From assembly GCA_977016875.1 (NCBI GenBank), contig CDRNST010000144.1:5332001-5396000 (forward strand): a DNA stretch of 64,000 bases, given 5' to 3'. Below are positions 1-14,900 of the stretch, piece after piece (the stretch's first letter is position 1; each line of letters begins with the position of its first letter). Below the pieces are notes generated by a model. That model saw only the letters and a program-made list of their open reading frames with translations. It was not told the DNA's origin and ran no database searches. Source of the stretch: Pavona decussata (lineage: Eukaryota). The position numbers and the translations under genes are program-made.

Positions 1-369
1 GACAAAGCAAATTAGAGAGGAAAAGTTGGTGACCAGGTATAGCGTCTGCGAAGATGAATAACATGCGGAAAGATGAAAACTACCTCGCTAAGTTGCAAAA
101 AGTACAAAATAAATAAATAAATAGTATTAATTGAAATAAAAATCCGCTAAAAAGGCACATGCAAATGTCTCTATCGCATAGCAGGCGACCCAGTTATCCA
201 CTCCGAAGCACAATTGCCACGGATGATCGGTAAATGCATGAATTTGGACTGCTCCGCTCTCGTCTGGTCAGAGTTTCTTTTGCATTCTATTGCTGCTAAA
301 GTTAGCACAAATAAAGTACTTTAAGGTACAATATCCACAGACAGGACTGCGACCAAAGCAGCTACTTGT

Positions 370-502
370 TAGTCTGCGTACCAAGCGGGATTTTGTGCAT
401 TTTCTCTTTTTGACCGCGTGGATATTAGGACGACAAAATTTCCGCGCATTCAAACAGCGAAAAGCAGACAGAACCCCACGGAAACTCTAGCTGCACAGGC
501 TA
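370..502. mobile_element. Short MITE, TAG...CTA termini, 9-bp TSD
   Basis: GCTACTTGT at 361-369 and 503-511; ends TAGTCTGCG...GCACAGGCTA. Confidence 0.75.
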
Positions 503-746
503 GCTACTTGTTTCCCCTGATAAACAAGTATAGTAGAAAATCTGCTTTACGGTCCCTTTGTTAAAAAAAGAAAAAGATACTGTTTTTCTGCCGAGTATAG
601 AATTTCATGCAGTAATTTTCTAATCTTAACAGAATACGTTTATGTGACCATCAATTAATATAATCTCATTTTTGTTGCTCGTTGGTGTTAATTTGTTAAT
701 GGAGTTTCTCTAGTTTTAAAGTAGAAATGTTGCCTAGTTTCCTTGA

Positions 747-875
<129 letters not shown>

Positions 876-2311
876 TAGATACAAGCGTATGAATCTCTTA
901 TTTAAAGAAATATATATTAATGTATCATAAAAGAAAGTATGAGACAAGTAGAGTGAGCCAAGACTGTGCTCAATCTGGCTGGAAACGAAATCTGGCTCAA
1001 TCTGGCTGGAAACGAAAGCTGTTCACTTTTTAAAAGCATTCACCCATTTAAAAGTTTCCATCTAAAAGTTTTCTCGAGATTTCGTTTGTTTTCAGTATAA
1101 CTGGTTGTTCACGATGGAAAACTTCTATCGCTTAGGGATTTAGGGTCATCGGTTTTTGAAGACCTCTGTTTTTGTTCTTATTCGTTTAAAAAAGTGGCCA
1201 AACTGTCTACAGGCCGGGGAAGGTCGTCACGCAACCCCTTGTAGTGAATACAAGCGTTGTTTGACAAGCCAAATAAGGGTTCCGTAGGGTGCTTGCGTGG
1301 ATAGTATTATTTTGTATTTTTGTTTGCCTCGCTTTGCTGCAGCCTCTTTCTGAGGGCGTCGGAGAAACAAGGCCTTGAATCTGGTTGGCCAGTTTATTTG
1401 GAATCTTTACATTGTAGGTGACAAGACTAGCCTTTTTTGTTATAAGAAGTCAGAATTTTTATCATATTCATTTATTTTAATATTGGCTTTATTAATTAAG
1501 CAAACGCTTTTAATTCAAATTATCTGGAAATTTATTGTCATTCTCCCAAACTATTTCAACATTACATAATAAGCTAAGAAATGCAGATTTAAACAATAAA
1601 TGTCTACTGTTACTGTTGTGACGCTGGCGCGTGACTTTTTACTGTAGACTCAGTTTATTAAGGAGGCTCGCAGCAGTTTTTTTGGACTTAGGGTGGAAGT
1701 TTTGAAATTACAATCTCGCATACAAGATAAACTTTGATCTCCTTCATACTACATCATCATTTCTCATCGGTCTTTAAGCAACAGCTATTACCATAGCAAC
1801 GGAAGCGCATAGCCTCTCATTTTAAACATTGCCGATTATCTCGAAATCTAGTCAGACTTTATGGCGAAACTTTAGGGATTTAAACTACTCAATCTAGACA
1901 AGTTTTAGGCGAAATTTGAAAAAAAAATCTGTATGAGCGTTTTCTAGTAAATAGCGAATCAAAATTTATGGGGTGATTTTGTTTATTCCCGCATTTTCAT
2001 CAATATGTCTGGCAAAATAAAACTTGACACTTTGTCTTTTCTGTTAAAGGTCTTTCCTCATCGCAAAACATTCTAAATGTATATTGAGCTTCATGGGTGT
2101 CTCCGATTTTAAGATATTTGTGTTTGAAAACTGTTAAAGCGCAGATGAATGAAAAAGTTCATAAATCGAGATATCTTTAAAAAACCCCGACAGATTTTTC
2201 CGTTAAATTACAAGCGGTTAGAGTAAGAATTCTTTTCGACATTCACGCAAGTTTTAGGCCCAAGAACCGAAACCAGTGTTAGATAGGAAGGCTGAATCTT
2301 GGTCAAGTTAA

Positions 2312-2661
2312 GGACGGTGCCTACTAATACCGAAGTATTTTTGTGCGGCTTATGACTATGCGGGAAAAGCAGATCTTAGCAAGGGCTATTGGAATCCAAA
2401 AAGAAAATTGGGGGGAACCACGCATTTTTCAGAGATAATGAAGCCATAATACCTCTAAAAAGTGCCAAAATATAAAGGAATGTATGGGATTTTTTCCCTA
2501 AATTGAGGCTTAATTATCTCTGAAAAATGCATGGCTACCCCCAATTTCATTTTGAGATACCAAAAGCACTTGCTAAGTTCTGCTTTCTCCGTATAGTTTT
2601 GAAACCGCGCAAAATTATCCCTGTATTAGTAGGCACCACCCATAGGAAACCCGAGTATCTC

Positions 2662-2706
<45 letters not shown>
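2312..2706. mobile_element. Non-autonomous DNA transposon with TTAA TSD (Kolobok-like RR..YY ends)
   Basis: TTAA-GGACGGTGCCTACTA...TAGTAGGCACCGTCC-TTAA; perfect 15-bp TIR. Confidence 0.85.
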
Positions 2707-2710
<4 letters not shown>

Positions 2711-3738
2711 GAATACAGTTTCATACAAAAATAATACAAATGAAATTCGGCGATTTAAGCGAATTTCGGTAAAAGAAAGAAACTGGTTTCGCTTATGATA
2801 ACACAATTATGTGAATGTTACTGAGACCAATCAATCAATCAATCAATCAATCAAGAAACGCAAAAGTGCTTCAATAAAACTCCTTCAAATCAATACAATG
2901 AAATACGCAAGACTTGAGTGCGAATTCATATTCAAAGTCAGCGGAATAGTACTATAAAATGAAAAAAAAAATAAAAGAATAAATACCAAAACTTTTCTTT
3001 ACTTATTTCCGCAAGTTGTGCCAACATTCAGATCTCCTGCCGATGGTTCATTAATTTCCACTAGGATTTCCTTTTCTTTTCTAGATACATAAGTGTAATG
3101 TGTACTATTTTTATTGGGTTCGACGTAGAAAGAACGCACTCCTAGTACAGATTGCAGTCGAGATTGTATGGGACAACGTTGATGGAATGAATGGATCTTG
3201 GGACGGCCGTTTCTGGTATCCCCCGAAGATTTTACAGGGGCGTAAGGTTTGTGCTTGGCAACCAAAAAGGCTCTCAACAAAATTCTTCTTCAAGCTAAAG
3301 TTAAATCGCGATGCTATTTGGCACTCTCTCCGGCAGCAAGTATTCATAAGGAAACGCCACAGATGCATTACGTTGTTTGATTGCATCAGAGATCTTCTGG
3401 AGTGAGGACTGGAAACGAGAGATAGCACCTTCCACGGTTTCGCCGGTAAGTAAGCTCTGGGAATAATCACCAATGAATCGCTATGGGACAAGATAGGAGA
3501 AGAAAAAATTATGTAGCAAAATGTCCCAGAGATGTCAACAAAAAGGCATTTGGCCTTTGGATAAAGACCTCATTCAAAAGTGACTGCCACTGATTTATTT
3601 TCATCATCCAGAACGGAAACTAATTAAGTGGAGGTACACGGAGTAACTGGATTTTTGAGCCAGAGACTGGTGAGAAAATATAGTAACTTATTTTTCACAA
3701 AACCCAGCATCAATCTTTGTTTCTTACAACTCTCTTAA

Positions 3739-4859
3739 AGGGACACAGTCACCTTTGTGACCGCGCTGACCTGGACGCTAGTTTTTGTCAATTTTGAAAA
3801 GCGTCCACCTCAACCCGAAATCAAAAGTACGCGTCGGCATCAGAAATCCGCTTCAATCTTCCCAGTGTTTTATTGGATTTTCAATCTTTTACTGGGAACC
3901 TGTTTCTGAGTATGCTTTTGCTCATCCTGTGATATTATTTTATAATATTTGGTTAAAAACAGTATGGATCGCGTCTCCAACGGAACATGAAAAGAAGAGG
4001 TGGGAAACGTGAAAGCGCCGGGCGGAAGAAATCGCCTGCGTTGACTAAAATAACGAGAGAAATCAATCAAAAACATTGGAGAACAAATCATCATTATATA
4101 TATTTGGAAAATTACATTTTCGTAACCTGGCGAAAGGTTCGTGCGGTGAGAATCTTCGTAAACGATTCGAACTACGCGTCATGGCTGCTTGGTTTGGAGC
4201 TCAGACGAAGACAAGCTTCCGTACACAGTCCATTATCTCCTCGACAAGGAAAACCTGCAGTAGAACCTTGTTTTCTACGGGTCGAGTAAGCGTTCTTGCA
4301 TCGACATGGGTTTGGTTCCTAAATTTAGATAACGGAGAAGTTGTAGAAACGAAATTATAAAAGCGAAATATATGATTGAAAGCAGAAATAAAGCTTACCG
4401 GTAGTTTCGCTACAAAGTCGTTTCGCTACACTGCAACTCAGTTGATTCGCTAAGTTCTAAAATTGACACATTCTCTAATATTTGAACTCAATTTGCTTCT
4501 CACGCAAATACTGTGAAACGTAGAAACAGCTAAGATAATTTTTCACACGACCGGATACCGAAATAAACGATTAACCCTTTATGATTCTTCGACTTCAGAG
4601 GTATTCGTTGACGTTTGACTTTCCCTGGACAAGTCCATCAGTAAATTCTCCATGGTATCAAGAAAATGAGTGTTCTAAAATGACATTAGGTCTATAATCA
4701 CCATAATAATTTTGACTGGCAAATACTTCGACTCGACAAGGTTTGTTTAGATTTTTCAAAGGATGCGCTTCTCAGCGCGAGACTTGTGATGAAGTGTGAT
4801 ATGCAAATCAGCTAAGAAATGGTACCTAATGCGCGTGTGCACCAGGTGACTGTGTCCCT
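3739..4859. mobile_element. Kolobok-like element with TTAA TSD in the last intron of AOS-LOX A; carries an ORF remnant
   Basis: TTAA-AGGGACACAGTCACC...GGTGACTGTGTCCCT-TTAA. Internal basic ORF 3987-4289 (KRRGGKRESAGRK). Confidence 0.8.
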
Positions 4860-5587
4860 TTAAATTTGCGCTAGATCGGGGAGGGGGGGGGGGAATTCTG
4901 TCCACGGCAACTTTGAATCTGAATAACTTTGTTTTTAGTATTTGTGCAAATGCCATGAAACTTACTGACGTTTTCAGAAATTCATCTGGGAACAATTTGA
5001 TGTGGCTGGTTAGTGTTAATCAGTGACTTTGATGTTACCATAGCAACCAATTTTTGAACGACCGTTTTTCAGAAAATAGAAAATGTCATTTTTGAATAAG
5101 AAAAATTACTTTCTTACAGTAACTTTTATGTTTTTAGCTCATATTATTGATTACTTTTCGTTCAATTTTGGCGCTTCCTAAAAGTTTTGGGGAAATCAAG
5201 AAATCCGTAATGGTAGATCCAAGATGGCCGCCATTTGGTAACTATGACGTAATTACCACGTAATATGACGTCATACTTGTCGTTCCACTGTTTAGGATTT
5301 GGAGGGACAACATGTGGATTAAATTCCTCATCGGTGTGCGTTAAACCAGAATTCAAAAAAGACTGAATAACGTTACTGACAAGCTACTTTTGATCTTGAA
5401 GAAAGTAGCCTCCTGAAGAAATTTAGGTAAATCGTATGGATGTTATCAAACCTTATAGAATCCCCCAAGAAAGTGGAGCAAGCAATGAATCGTGACTATT
5501 TGTCAATACTTTCGTATTGACAAATATAATTTTAGAGCACTTTTGACCCGGCCTTACATAACGTTTGTTATGATATTTGCAGTAATA

Positions 5588-5950
5588 GACTTACACTCAG
5601 GTATGTGCATTTTCTCATCTCCAGACTGGGGTACCAACCTGCCCAGCATTGGACAGCCATTTCGTCCTAGTTGGGGGTCTCGGCAGGACAGCGTAAGGCA
5701 TGGTGGGTAATGGGAGAAAGATCCTATTTCTCCGGACGTCTACTGGTGCGTTGGTCTATAGAGATCCACCACGTGTACCGCATGTTTTGGATCACTGAGG
5801 TGGGAGAAGTAAGATCTTTCCCCCATTTCTATGCACCATGCCTTACGCAGTGCTGACAAGTTCCAAGTAGGAAGAAACAGCTGTCCACTGCAGGGCTGGT
5901 TGGTACCTCAGTCTGGAGATGTGCAAATGCACATACTTGACGGGTGAGTT
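5588..5950. mobile_element. MITE with about 75-bp imperfect TIRs
   Basis: ...GTATGTGCATTTTCTCATCTCCAGACTGGGGTACCAACC... is inverted against ...GGTTGGTACCTCAGTCTGGAGATGTGCAAATGCACATAC.... Confidence 0.7.
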
Positions 5951-8900
5951 CATGTCCATTCTTACAACGTATTACCTGTCATGGGAGGATATTGTTGAAC
6001 AAACTTACCTCATCATCAGCAATCCTCGTTCGTGTGTACATAGTAGCAATATGCCATCCCGCTTGGGATTTGTTGGGTAGCGTATCCATGATGCTCTTCA
6101 GGGTTGCCTCATTTTTCCTTGTGGGTGGAGGAAGGCGCATAACAGGTGGAACATTGGGAACGAAAGTTGTTATTTCCATCATAGGAAAATTCACGGCTGC
6201 GTGTTGACACGAGCACCCGAACACCACACAGGTCAGCACGTGAACAAGCTGATCACGTGTTTCAAGGCTCTTGGAAAACTCGTGATCGACATCTCCTTCT
6301 CTTACGGGAAAACCATTTTCGTGAATGTCCATCACCCATTACTGTAACTCGTGGTCTTTGGAAATTTCATCATCGGTTTGATAAAAAATGTTCACGAATT
6401 CCCCGATGAAATTAGAGATGGCATTCCACATACAAAGGCCGTCATCCCTGTTGAGAAAAGCAATTCAGATCAATGGGTGATTCCTAACGAGATTTGTTTC
6501 TGTTTATTTCCCATAAGGATTAATATTTGCTCCGGTGGGAACAGATGTTCCCAAAGTGACACTCACAGACATTTCTCACCTCCGCCCTCGCTCAACCTTT
6601 TTAGGCTGGTTGTATACGGGTATGCACATGTGGTCACCCTTTACCCATGAACAAGTCAAAACTGTAAAATAATAAAATTGCTCGTGTACAATTAGCCTCA
6701 CTTCACATCTCTTCCTTGTTCCTTGTATTTTTTTTGCACTTATCATTACAAACTGCCTAACAGAAAATAAACTTGATCACTCAGTTTACGTAAAAGTACC
6801 TGTAATAGTAGTTGGGTAATTTCTTGGTATTATCCACTCCTCTCTTCTTTAACATGTCAGGGAAAGAGAGCATCTCAAATTTGAACTTCTTGTACGTCTT
6901 TTCCAACAGCTGAATATGGCCTCCTCCTCCAATGCTAAGGGTCTTGTCAACAATACCTCCTTCTGCCGTGAGTTCGTTTCTGCCAATAGTGTTGATGGCA
7001 ATAACAGAACGAAGGTGAGGAAACAGAAGCTGGAAGATAGGATGGATGGACGGCAGCTGGCGCCATAAAGCAACAGCAAACGCTTCCATTAACAAATGGG
7101 TCTTCATCAGATGGGTTCCCATCTGTATGAAACAACAGGAAGTAAAAGTGTCTAGAGTTATTTACTAGTTGAATTGCTGTAACTACGTTTGTTTAGAAAG
7201 TAAACCACTCTGCTGGCTGGTTGATTGAGGGATGTTCGCTGATCGGAAACATCAAGGTTCGATGGCAAGTGTGAAACTTTAACCACAATTTTTCAACAAA
7301 GGACACTTCCTACTGACATACAAAGATAACTGTATGTCCGACGGTAATTTCAAAGATGTGGATGTAAGCCAAAAAGAAGTGTCGTTATTATAATACTACT
7401 TTATTTCTCAGAATATGCAGACTAAAGGCTCATATTTGATATGATTGGCTATTATTTTTATCAAAAATTTGATTGAATTACGAAATTAAATCGGAAGATG
7501 TAACTTTGTCTGTTCCTTTGTTTGCTTGTTTGCTTATTTGTGTTTGTCGATAAAATCGTGCGATCGAAATCAAATGTGAATACACCGAGATTAAATGTAT
7601 GGTACCCTTTATACGATTTAGTTACACTACACATGATAGGCTTTTGCTAGTGGAGGTACACCGAAACTGATCTTTGAGTCATCAAAGTACATAACCCTAG
7701 CCCTAAAAGCTCTTTTCATGGTAATACCACTAATGCCAAACTACTACTACCTGAAAGCAATGAGGCCCACGAGTCCCTTATACGGCTTCTAATAAACTAG
7801 TTTCTGTTGTATGAACGATACAGGTTGCTTTACTAAATAAAACGCTTTAAAACCTGATGAACTTGATGGTCGGCATTACGGAACCACATCTTTGCCAGCA
7901 GCCAATCATATTTAGAATCGTCAGGAGTCCATATTGGGTTGGTGTCGCTCGGTTGCTGGAACAGCTGGATGGCAATAGGCACCAGGTCTCCACAGCTCTT
8001 GACGTAAAATAGGCAAAGAGGCTCTGCTGTGTAAAATTTCAACTTTGAATTGCCGTCCTCTCCTCTGCGTCTGATGTCGACGAGTTCCTTGTAGTCAACA
8101 ATGTAAACGTGTCCAGCCTGATTGACAGAACGGTTACGTTAGTTATTTCGATATTTGGTTGTTGTGTCTATCGTGCAAGCCGCAAGTCAGCGGGCCAGTA
8201 TGAAGTGATGTTATCTATTATTGAGTTGCATTGGGATTTTCCACATTCGTACTGTATCCAGTTGGATGTAGCTTACAAAAATAAATATGGAAATCATCCG
8301 GCTAATAAGGACGTCAGTACAGTTGAGTACAACTTAATGTATGTAATCTCCCGCAGAATTGTTCTTTAAATCCAAGATCCTACGCAATAGTAGTAGACTA
8401 ATATTGCCACGGAAACAGTAAGGTTATTAATTAATGGTGAGAAATTCAAAAAACGTGTCAGTTTTGATGACAAATGGGATGCAATGTGGTCTGCCAAAAA
8501 AAAGAACATTTGTTCTTGCTTTTAGCATAAATTGAAAGAAGCTTCAAACTATATCAGGTGAGATTAATCATACCTTAATCTCTTCCATCAATGTCATCCC
8601 TCGATCGAGAACGTTTTTAACCAAGTCATTTGTAACAGAAAAGTTACTTGGCAACTCGGTGCACCTTTCAATGACGCATGGGTTGCAACCATTCAGGAAC
8701 TGGTAGCCAAATATTCGGTCTTCCATCCACAAATCATCCCGAGAAATTTTAGGTATGTCGCCTGTCCAACCAGTGAAGATCTTCTTAAAGCTGTCAAAAT
8801 TCTCCCAGCTGTCAAATAGAGTGCAGAGGTAAGACAGACCAAGGTTAATTTTTCCTTTAAGAGTACCTATGTGAAACGAGCGTGATGCCTCTTCTGAGAA

Positions 8901-11900
8901 TTGTGAATCTCGTGGAAGATCGTCATGTTTGGCGGCGTGAATAAAGCCCGGCAAATTGACTACTCCAGGAGGAAGTTGTCCCCAGCAGTATTTCTCTTTA
9001 CGTTCTTGAATCTCGAGAATTCGCTGAGCCCTGATGACTTCCGGTTGGTTATGGGAAGGGAGAAGAGCTACAAAATGAAATAATTAAAAGTATGGGGATT
9101 CAATGGGCCTCGGCAAATTTTAAAAAATAAAAATATAATGCGTATTAGCTTCTCCAGAAAGTGTGGTTCCAGCTACGTTAACTTCAGTTGCTGGAAACAA
9201 AGAAAATACGTGGTCTTGGTCACAAATGTGTTGACAAAAACCAAGGCCTCGAGAATCAACGGTATATTGAGAACAAAGAACTCCTAATTAAGCCTGCAAT
9301 AATGTAATGAAACAATTCTGTAAAGAAATTTTAATCTGTTGCAGAACAAGGGCCGCACCATATATTTAAATATCAGAAGTTTGTAAAGATGAATGTATAA
9401 GGCATAAACAATAGCACCCAATCACATCCTAGGAGGACTTGTGCGCCGGGATTTAGAGTAATATATTAAATAGTTATCAAGATATTTTTCTCTCCAGCAG
9501 GTCTTTCACTCTTCATAGAATACTCTCAGTTTGCTGCGTTTTTTTTGTAGTGAGTATGGTATCTCAGACAACAATGAGAAATTCCCAGTAGCCACAATGC
9601 CATTGGTCATATCGTTCGTGAACGTTATTTTCTCCTAAACCGCATAGTAGGCAGTTGTTTGGCACAGATAATAAGGGCAATTCTAATATGTTTGCTTAAA
9701 CTGGAGTTAACACCTCCCATATGTCGTAACCTTTACATTTATAGTTATTGAAATACCTTGTCCTTGAAAAACAACCACATCTGACACTACCCATCGATAG
9801 CAAGGGAACTGGAAGGCTCTCTCTTGTGTTGAGCTGGCCACGAAAATTTTGTTCACAAACCAATCAGGATTCTTCAACCAGCCACTGCTATTGTTGTGAA
9901 GCTGGATCATCAGCACTTCACCAACATCCATCGCCTGTATCATGTACTCATTCGTGTGTCCTGCTTCAAAATCATTGCGCCAGGAACCCAGACGAATCTT
10001 CTCCGTTTTACCTTTTGTTCCTGAAACGTGTTTCCAGATATGCAGTAATATAGGCAAAAATACGGAAATTACATATGTAAGTGGCAAAGCAAATAAAATA
10101 GCTGTGGTCGACAAAAGTTAGTACACTGTAAAAGGAAAGAAATAACAACATAGACTTGGAGCAAAATGAAAGACGTGTGACACATTCCATGAGTGATCAA
10201 AAAGGAGGATTTAAAACTATTTTCCATTTTTCTTTCTTTCTCTCTTTCTTTTTTTCTTTTCTCCAAACGGACACGGACCATTTTCGAAGTGATTATTTTT
10301 CAAGATTTTGCAGCACTAGCACTATGCCTACAAAATGAACCATTCGATTCTCAGTTTTACAGTTCTGACAAATGGTAAACGCCCTCAGTTTAACTAAGTT
10401 TCAGTGGGCATTGAGGACATTTTCTAGGAAAAGCGACTGCAAAACACCAGCTCACTACACTGTGTGTGTGTCTGGCTACACAGTCAGGTAAAGAAGCTAG
10501 ACTCTACTAGCACCATAAGTCATCATACAGTGGTAATAACGACACGGAAGTAGTCGATCGATGCAGCTGGATGTAAAGTGTAGAATAGCAATCTTAACAT
10601 GCCACGAAGCTATATTTGAATACATTAGCAAGGAGAGCTCTTGAAGTGTATCAGCTCTAAATACCTGTTAGCGACACGGAAATGTCTGCATTAGTTCCAG
10701 CTCTTGACTGGCTCCCAGTCTCCACACTGATGTTATAGGTGGCCACGTTATCTGGTGCTTGGCCTGACCTCCTGAGTGATCGAATTTTTTGCGTCCTTGG
10801 ATACAATTCCTTTCTTACATGAACTATACAGTTAGGGTGGTAGATAGAGCGCGCTGGTAGTAATTCAAGACAAGGTGATAGATTGCCAGGGTTAAAGCGT
10901 AGTTCCTCCGTAGCATCCGCGCTTAGGAGCACCATTAGTGTGACGTCAGCCACATCCAACCAGGGATGAGTGGCCTCGTCCCAGTATCTCACGACATTCA
11001 AAATGTCTGGTGGATCATCTGATTTGGGCTCATGTAGAGTCAACTGAAGTTTGTATTTCACTGGTCCGCGAGAAAGCCTCTCTTTGAACTCTTCCTTAAG
11101 ATAATCTTTGCTTCTAGTTTCTGATGGCAACCTCTTTTGATCCCTACAGTTAAGTAATACGATAAGCATATCCATTAACACTGAGAAAGGAATAATGGAT
11201 CCATACAGTGAGTAAGTGAGTGAGTATACAAGTTAAACGAATAGAAAAATATAACAAGCCCTTACCAAACATTCCTCTGATCTTCTTCTGATAGCAAACC
11301 TGTTTCCGGTGTCTCATCAGCTGGCATCAGTCGAAATCTGACGTAACGTTCAACTTCATCGAAGGCTTTAAAATCGTGGATAATCTCTGAGTAATACCGC
11401 TGGTCGTAAAACGATTCCGGTGCACGACGTATACCGTCAATGTTACTGGCAAGGCTGAAATTTGAAGTTAAAACATTCTAGCATTGTATAAGTAGTATAT
11501 CAAACAAGAGGAAGATTGTTTCATCCAATTTCCAAACAGCGAGAAGTGGGTTGATAAAACGAGGTGTACACATCAAAACAGCAATCATGATATAATTCCA
11601 TCAAAGTTTTTTTGTACAAATTTTCAGCGCAACCGACTTCAGAAATTCATCGATGTGAGTGAACACCTGTCTCAGAAATCTGGCTAATGTAGATATTCAT
11701 AGGCAGAGTCATGCGCGATCTTAACCCTCGCGGTGACTTTGAACCTGAATACTTTTAGTATTATTGACCGGCCTGAAACTTCAGCAATTTTCAGAAATTT
11801 ATCGCCGGTTACTGTTAATTGATTTTTGACAGGATTTTTTTTTCCAGAAAATAGAAAATCCCTTTTTAAAATGAAGAAAAATCACTTTGGGTAACTTTCA

Positions 11901-14900
11901 TGTTTCTAGCTCACATTAGTGTTCCTTTATTGGCTCTGATTACTTTTCGTTCAATTTCGGCGCTTTCCTGAAGTTTTTGGGAAGTCCAGAAATCCAAGAT
12001 GGCGGATCAAAGATGGCCGCCATTTGACAATTATGATGTCATTAGAACGTCATATGACGTCATCACTTCTCGTTGCAAGCCACAAAAGAAACGTCTTTTG
12101 ACGTACTATCTCTCTTCCAAGTCTCATTGTTATAGCTTTTATACTTGCGAACCCGGCCCCTGGGAAAAAAAAACAAAATGCCCGGTCTTGATAGGGTTTC
12201 AACGACAACGGCAACACCACAAAACTATAGGTCTATTCCAGTTTGATGTGTTCAATGATTTTGATGTTACAATTGCAACCAATGTTTGAAAAAGCCCTTT
12301 TTTAAAATGAAGAAAAATTACTTTTCCTACTCTGACTATGCTTTTAGTGTTCCTTTTTTGGTTTTGGTCAGTTTTCGTTTTTCCAGAGATCCAAGATTGC
12401 GGATCCAAGGTGGCCGCCATTTGGCAATCATGACGTAAATACATGTAATGTGACGTCATCATTTTCCATTGCGGTAATCGAACCGATGTCATTCCGCATA
12501 CTCCTCGGGGAAATGAGCTATCGGAAGACCCCCAGCGGGAGGGACTATGTAATAATTAGCAGGAGGGGGTTGGGTACTGACCAGCGGAAGCGGGGAGGGG
12601 ACAACGAGTTAATCTTTGTTTGTATTGTTATTTTGTCTGGAACTGTAACCTTTATGTATAAGAGATAGTTTACTTAGCATGGAAAGCGCACTGCAAAGGG
12701 CACTGCTAAGCGTCAGAAATCATGGGTTTGTTTCAAATTATCTGATCAAATTATGCTAGCAAATTTCTAATATTGTAATGTCCTGGTACTGTGTGGGGAT
12801 CAGAACAGATTCGTTTAGCCAAAGAATTTGCCATCTGCTTTTTGCGTACCAATCTCTCTGCCTAAGGGGATACGTACTTTTCTGTCGAGAGTGTAACACC
12901 ACTGAACTTTTTCCGTACAATTTCGGATGATGAAGACATTTAAAGTAACGAGTTTTGGTTTCAAATACAGGAAGGAAGAAAGAACAATCTGCACAATGGT
13001 CTACATTCTGCTGTTTCGTAGCCCAAAGAGTCTAGTCACAAAATTCCTTGTATTCTCTAAGCCGTGAGAAGATCTCTCAGAAAAGCTTTTAAGCTTAAAC
13101 CAAGCAACTTTCCAGAGAATATTGACGAGATGGGTAAACTGTTTAAAAATGTTTGATCGAGAGGTTTCACATGTAAATATCTTAAAATTCACAGATAAGG
13201 GTCAGAAACAGGGGTGTGCAATATTGAAGTGGCAGGACTGTTTGTGCCAGTATGTAAACTACTCGAGTCTCAAATGATGGAGTCTGCATTCGTAGGGCAT
13301 CCGATGACTGCACAGAACGTGGATGAACGAACGAACGCAGTAATCGGTGTAGCTCTAATGGAAGGAAGATCCATTGAGTTGATCCAGTTGACTGATTCAC
13401 TTTACGGCCAAGTACTATCAGGTAAAGAAATTATTTGTACTCAACCAGTAACAAAAATATGGAATGTACACTGTGAATGAAAGCACATGAAACATTTTTG
13501 TCCAACAGCTTGAGTGCCTTGAAACAAAGGCAGAGAAAAGGGCAGAACAATAAAAGCGCTACCAGAAATTTGCTGGACAGATGGAAAGGGAGGCAAGGCA
13601 TTGACGAGTAAGCAGCATACACTGTAGTGAAGCGACAGGGTTTGAGAATTAATGGAGGTAAGCGAGCAGTAACTGAAAGGGTTCTGGGCCGTACACACGA
13701 TGGGGGAAGTATGAGATGGATAATACTCTCAATGAGGATGTCAACATGGCTTCATCTTCAGACGCAAGTGGTTTGGAGCCACTGAAGTGAGTGATTCTGT
13801 GTCAACAGATTCTGAATCAGATTGTGGATATGTGGAGAACGGTTTTGACGTTTGTTCGTTCCCTAGTAAAATACCATGCAATTCAGCTAATGAAACGACA
13901 CGTGTTCTGTCAGAAGTCTTGATATTAGAGGAAACAGAATAGGAGAACTAAAGGATGGGGGAAGTGGATGAATGTTATTAATTATTTTTGGTACGAGGGG
14001 ATATTAGAGGGGTGAATACTTATATTTTTAATCATCTCTTTCCAGTTTCCCAATCTTCCCTTCCTGCTAATTATCGCCCTGTCTCCAATGCTGAAAGCCT
14101 CCTGTGTGTGTGTTCGAATATCCCTGAAGAAAAAACATACATTCTGTTGTAAATCCGCCTTAAACACAGTTCCAAATTTTAACTTTAAACATTCTTATGA
14201 AAATGAAGTGACAACTGTCCAACACGTGTCATCTAACTCAACTAAAATATGGCGGCCCCGCAAGTCCGTGAGGTCCCTAATCAGTAACATTAAAACACAT
14301 ACTTACTAATCAGGTCTCTTCAGATAATATCCTTTCAAGTCACCACTTCGAATAGCTTCTAGTGCATCATATATACCCTGTACATCCCAGAATATAGTGG
14401 ATCTTCCAGTTGACATAATAATGTCCAACGGACTCTCTGCATCGCTGTCAGCAAATCGTATTGAGGCGCTTAAGAAATTCAACCCCGCATCATCGATAGA
14501 CTTAAAAGTTGCATGACGAAGGCATACAGGAAAAGAACGGCCAGGAGTGAAGAACTCACAGTTAGGGAACTGAGGATCAGCTACGATTGTGGCAATGCCC
14601 TGGGCTCCTATTCCGACAGCATGAGTTGGGCGCTTACCCTTTGACCACGCAGCAGCGCCAAACATAAATTTGATTTTCTCCATCTCGATACGGAGCTTGA
14701 CATCATCAAAAATACTGCTTGGTAGAATCTGAAACTACAGAAATGATTTTGAATTAAACATGTTTGGCATACACACATCCTTTTTTTATTTATACATGTA
14801 TTGCAACACAGGAAAGACATCAGTAACGGAGAGATAAAAATGATAAAAATGATATGTTTGCCGTGCGGACGTGCAATTTATTTTCGTTGGCACTCAGAAT

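Noticed and set aside
6339-6341. Selenocysteine or programmed readthrough of the internal stop
   Set aside because: The codon is TAA, not TGA, and the paralogue has TCA; a simple point mutation explains it.
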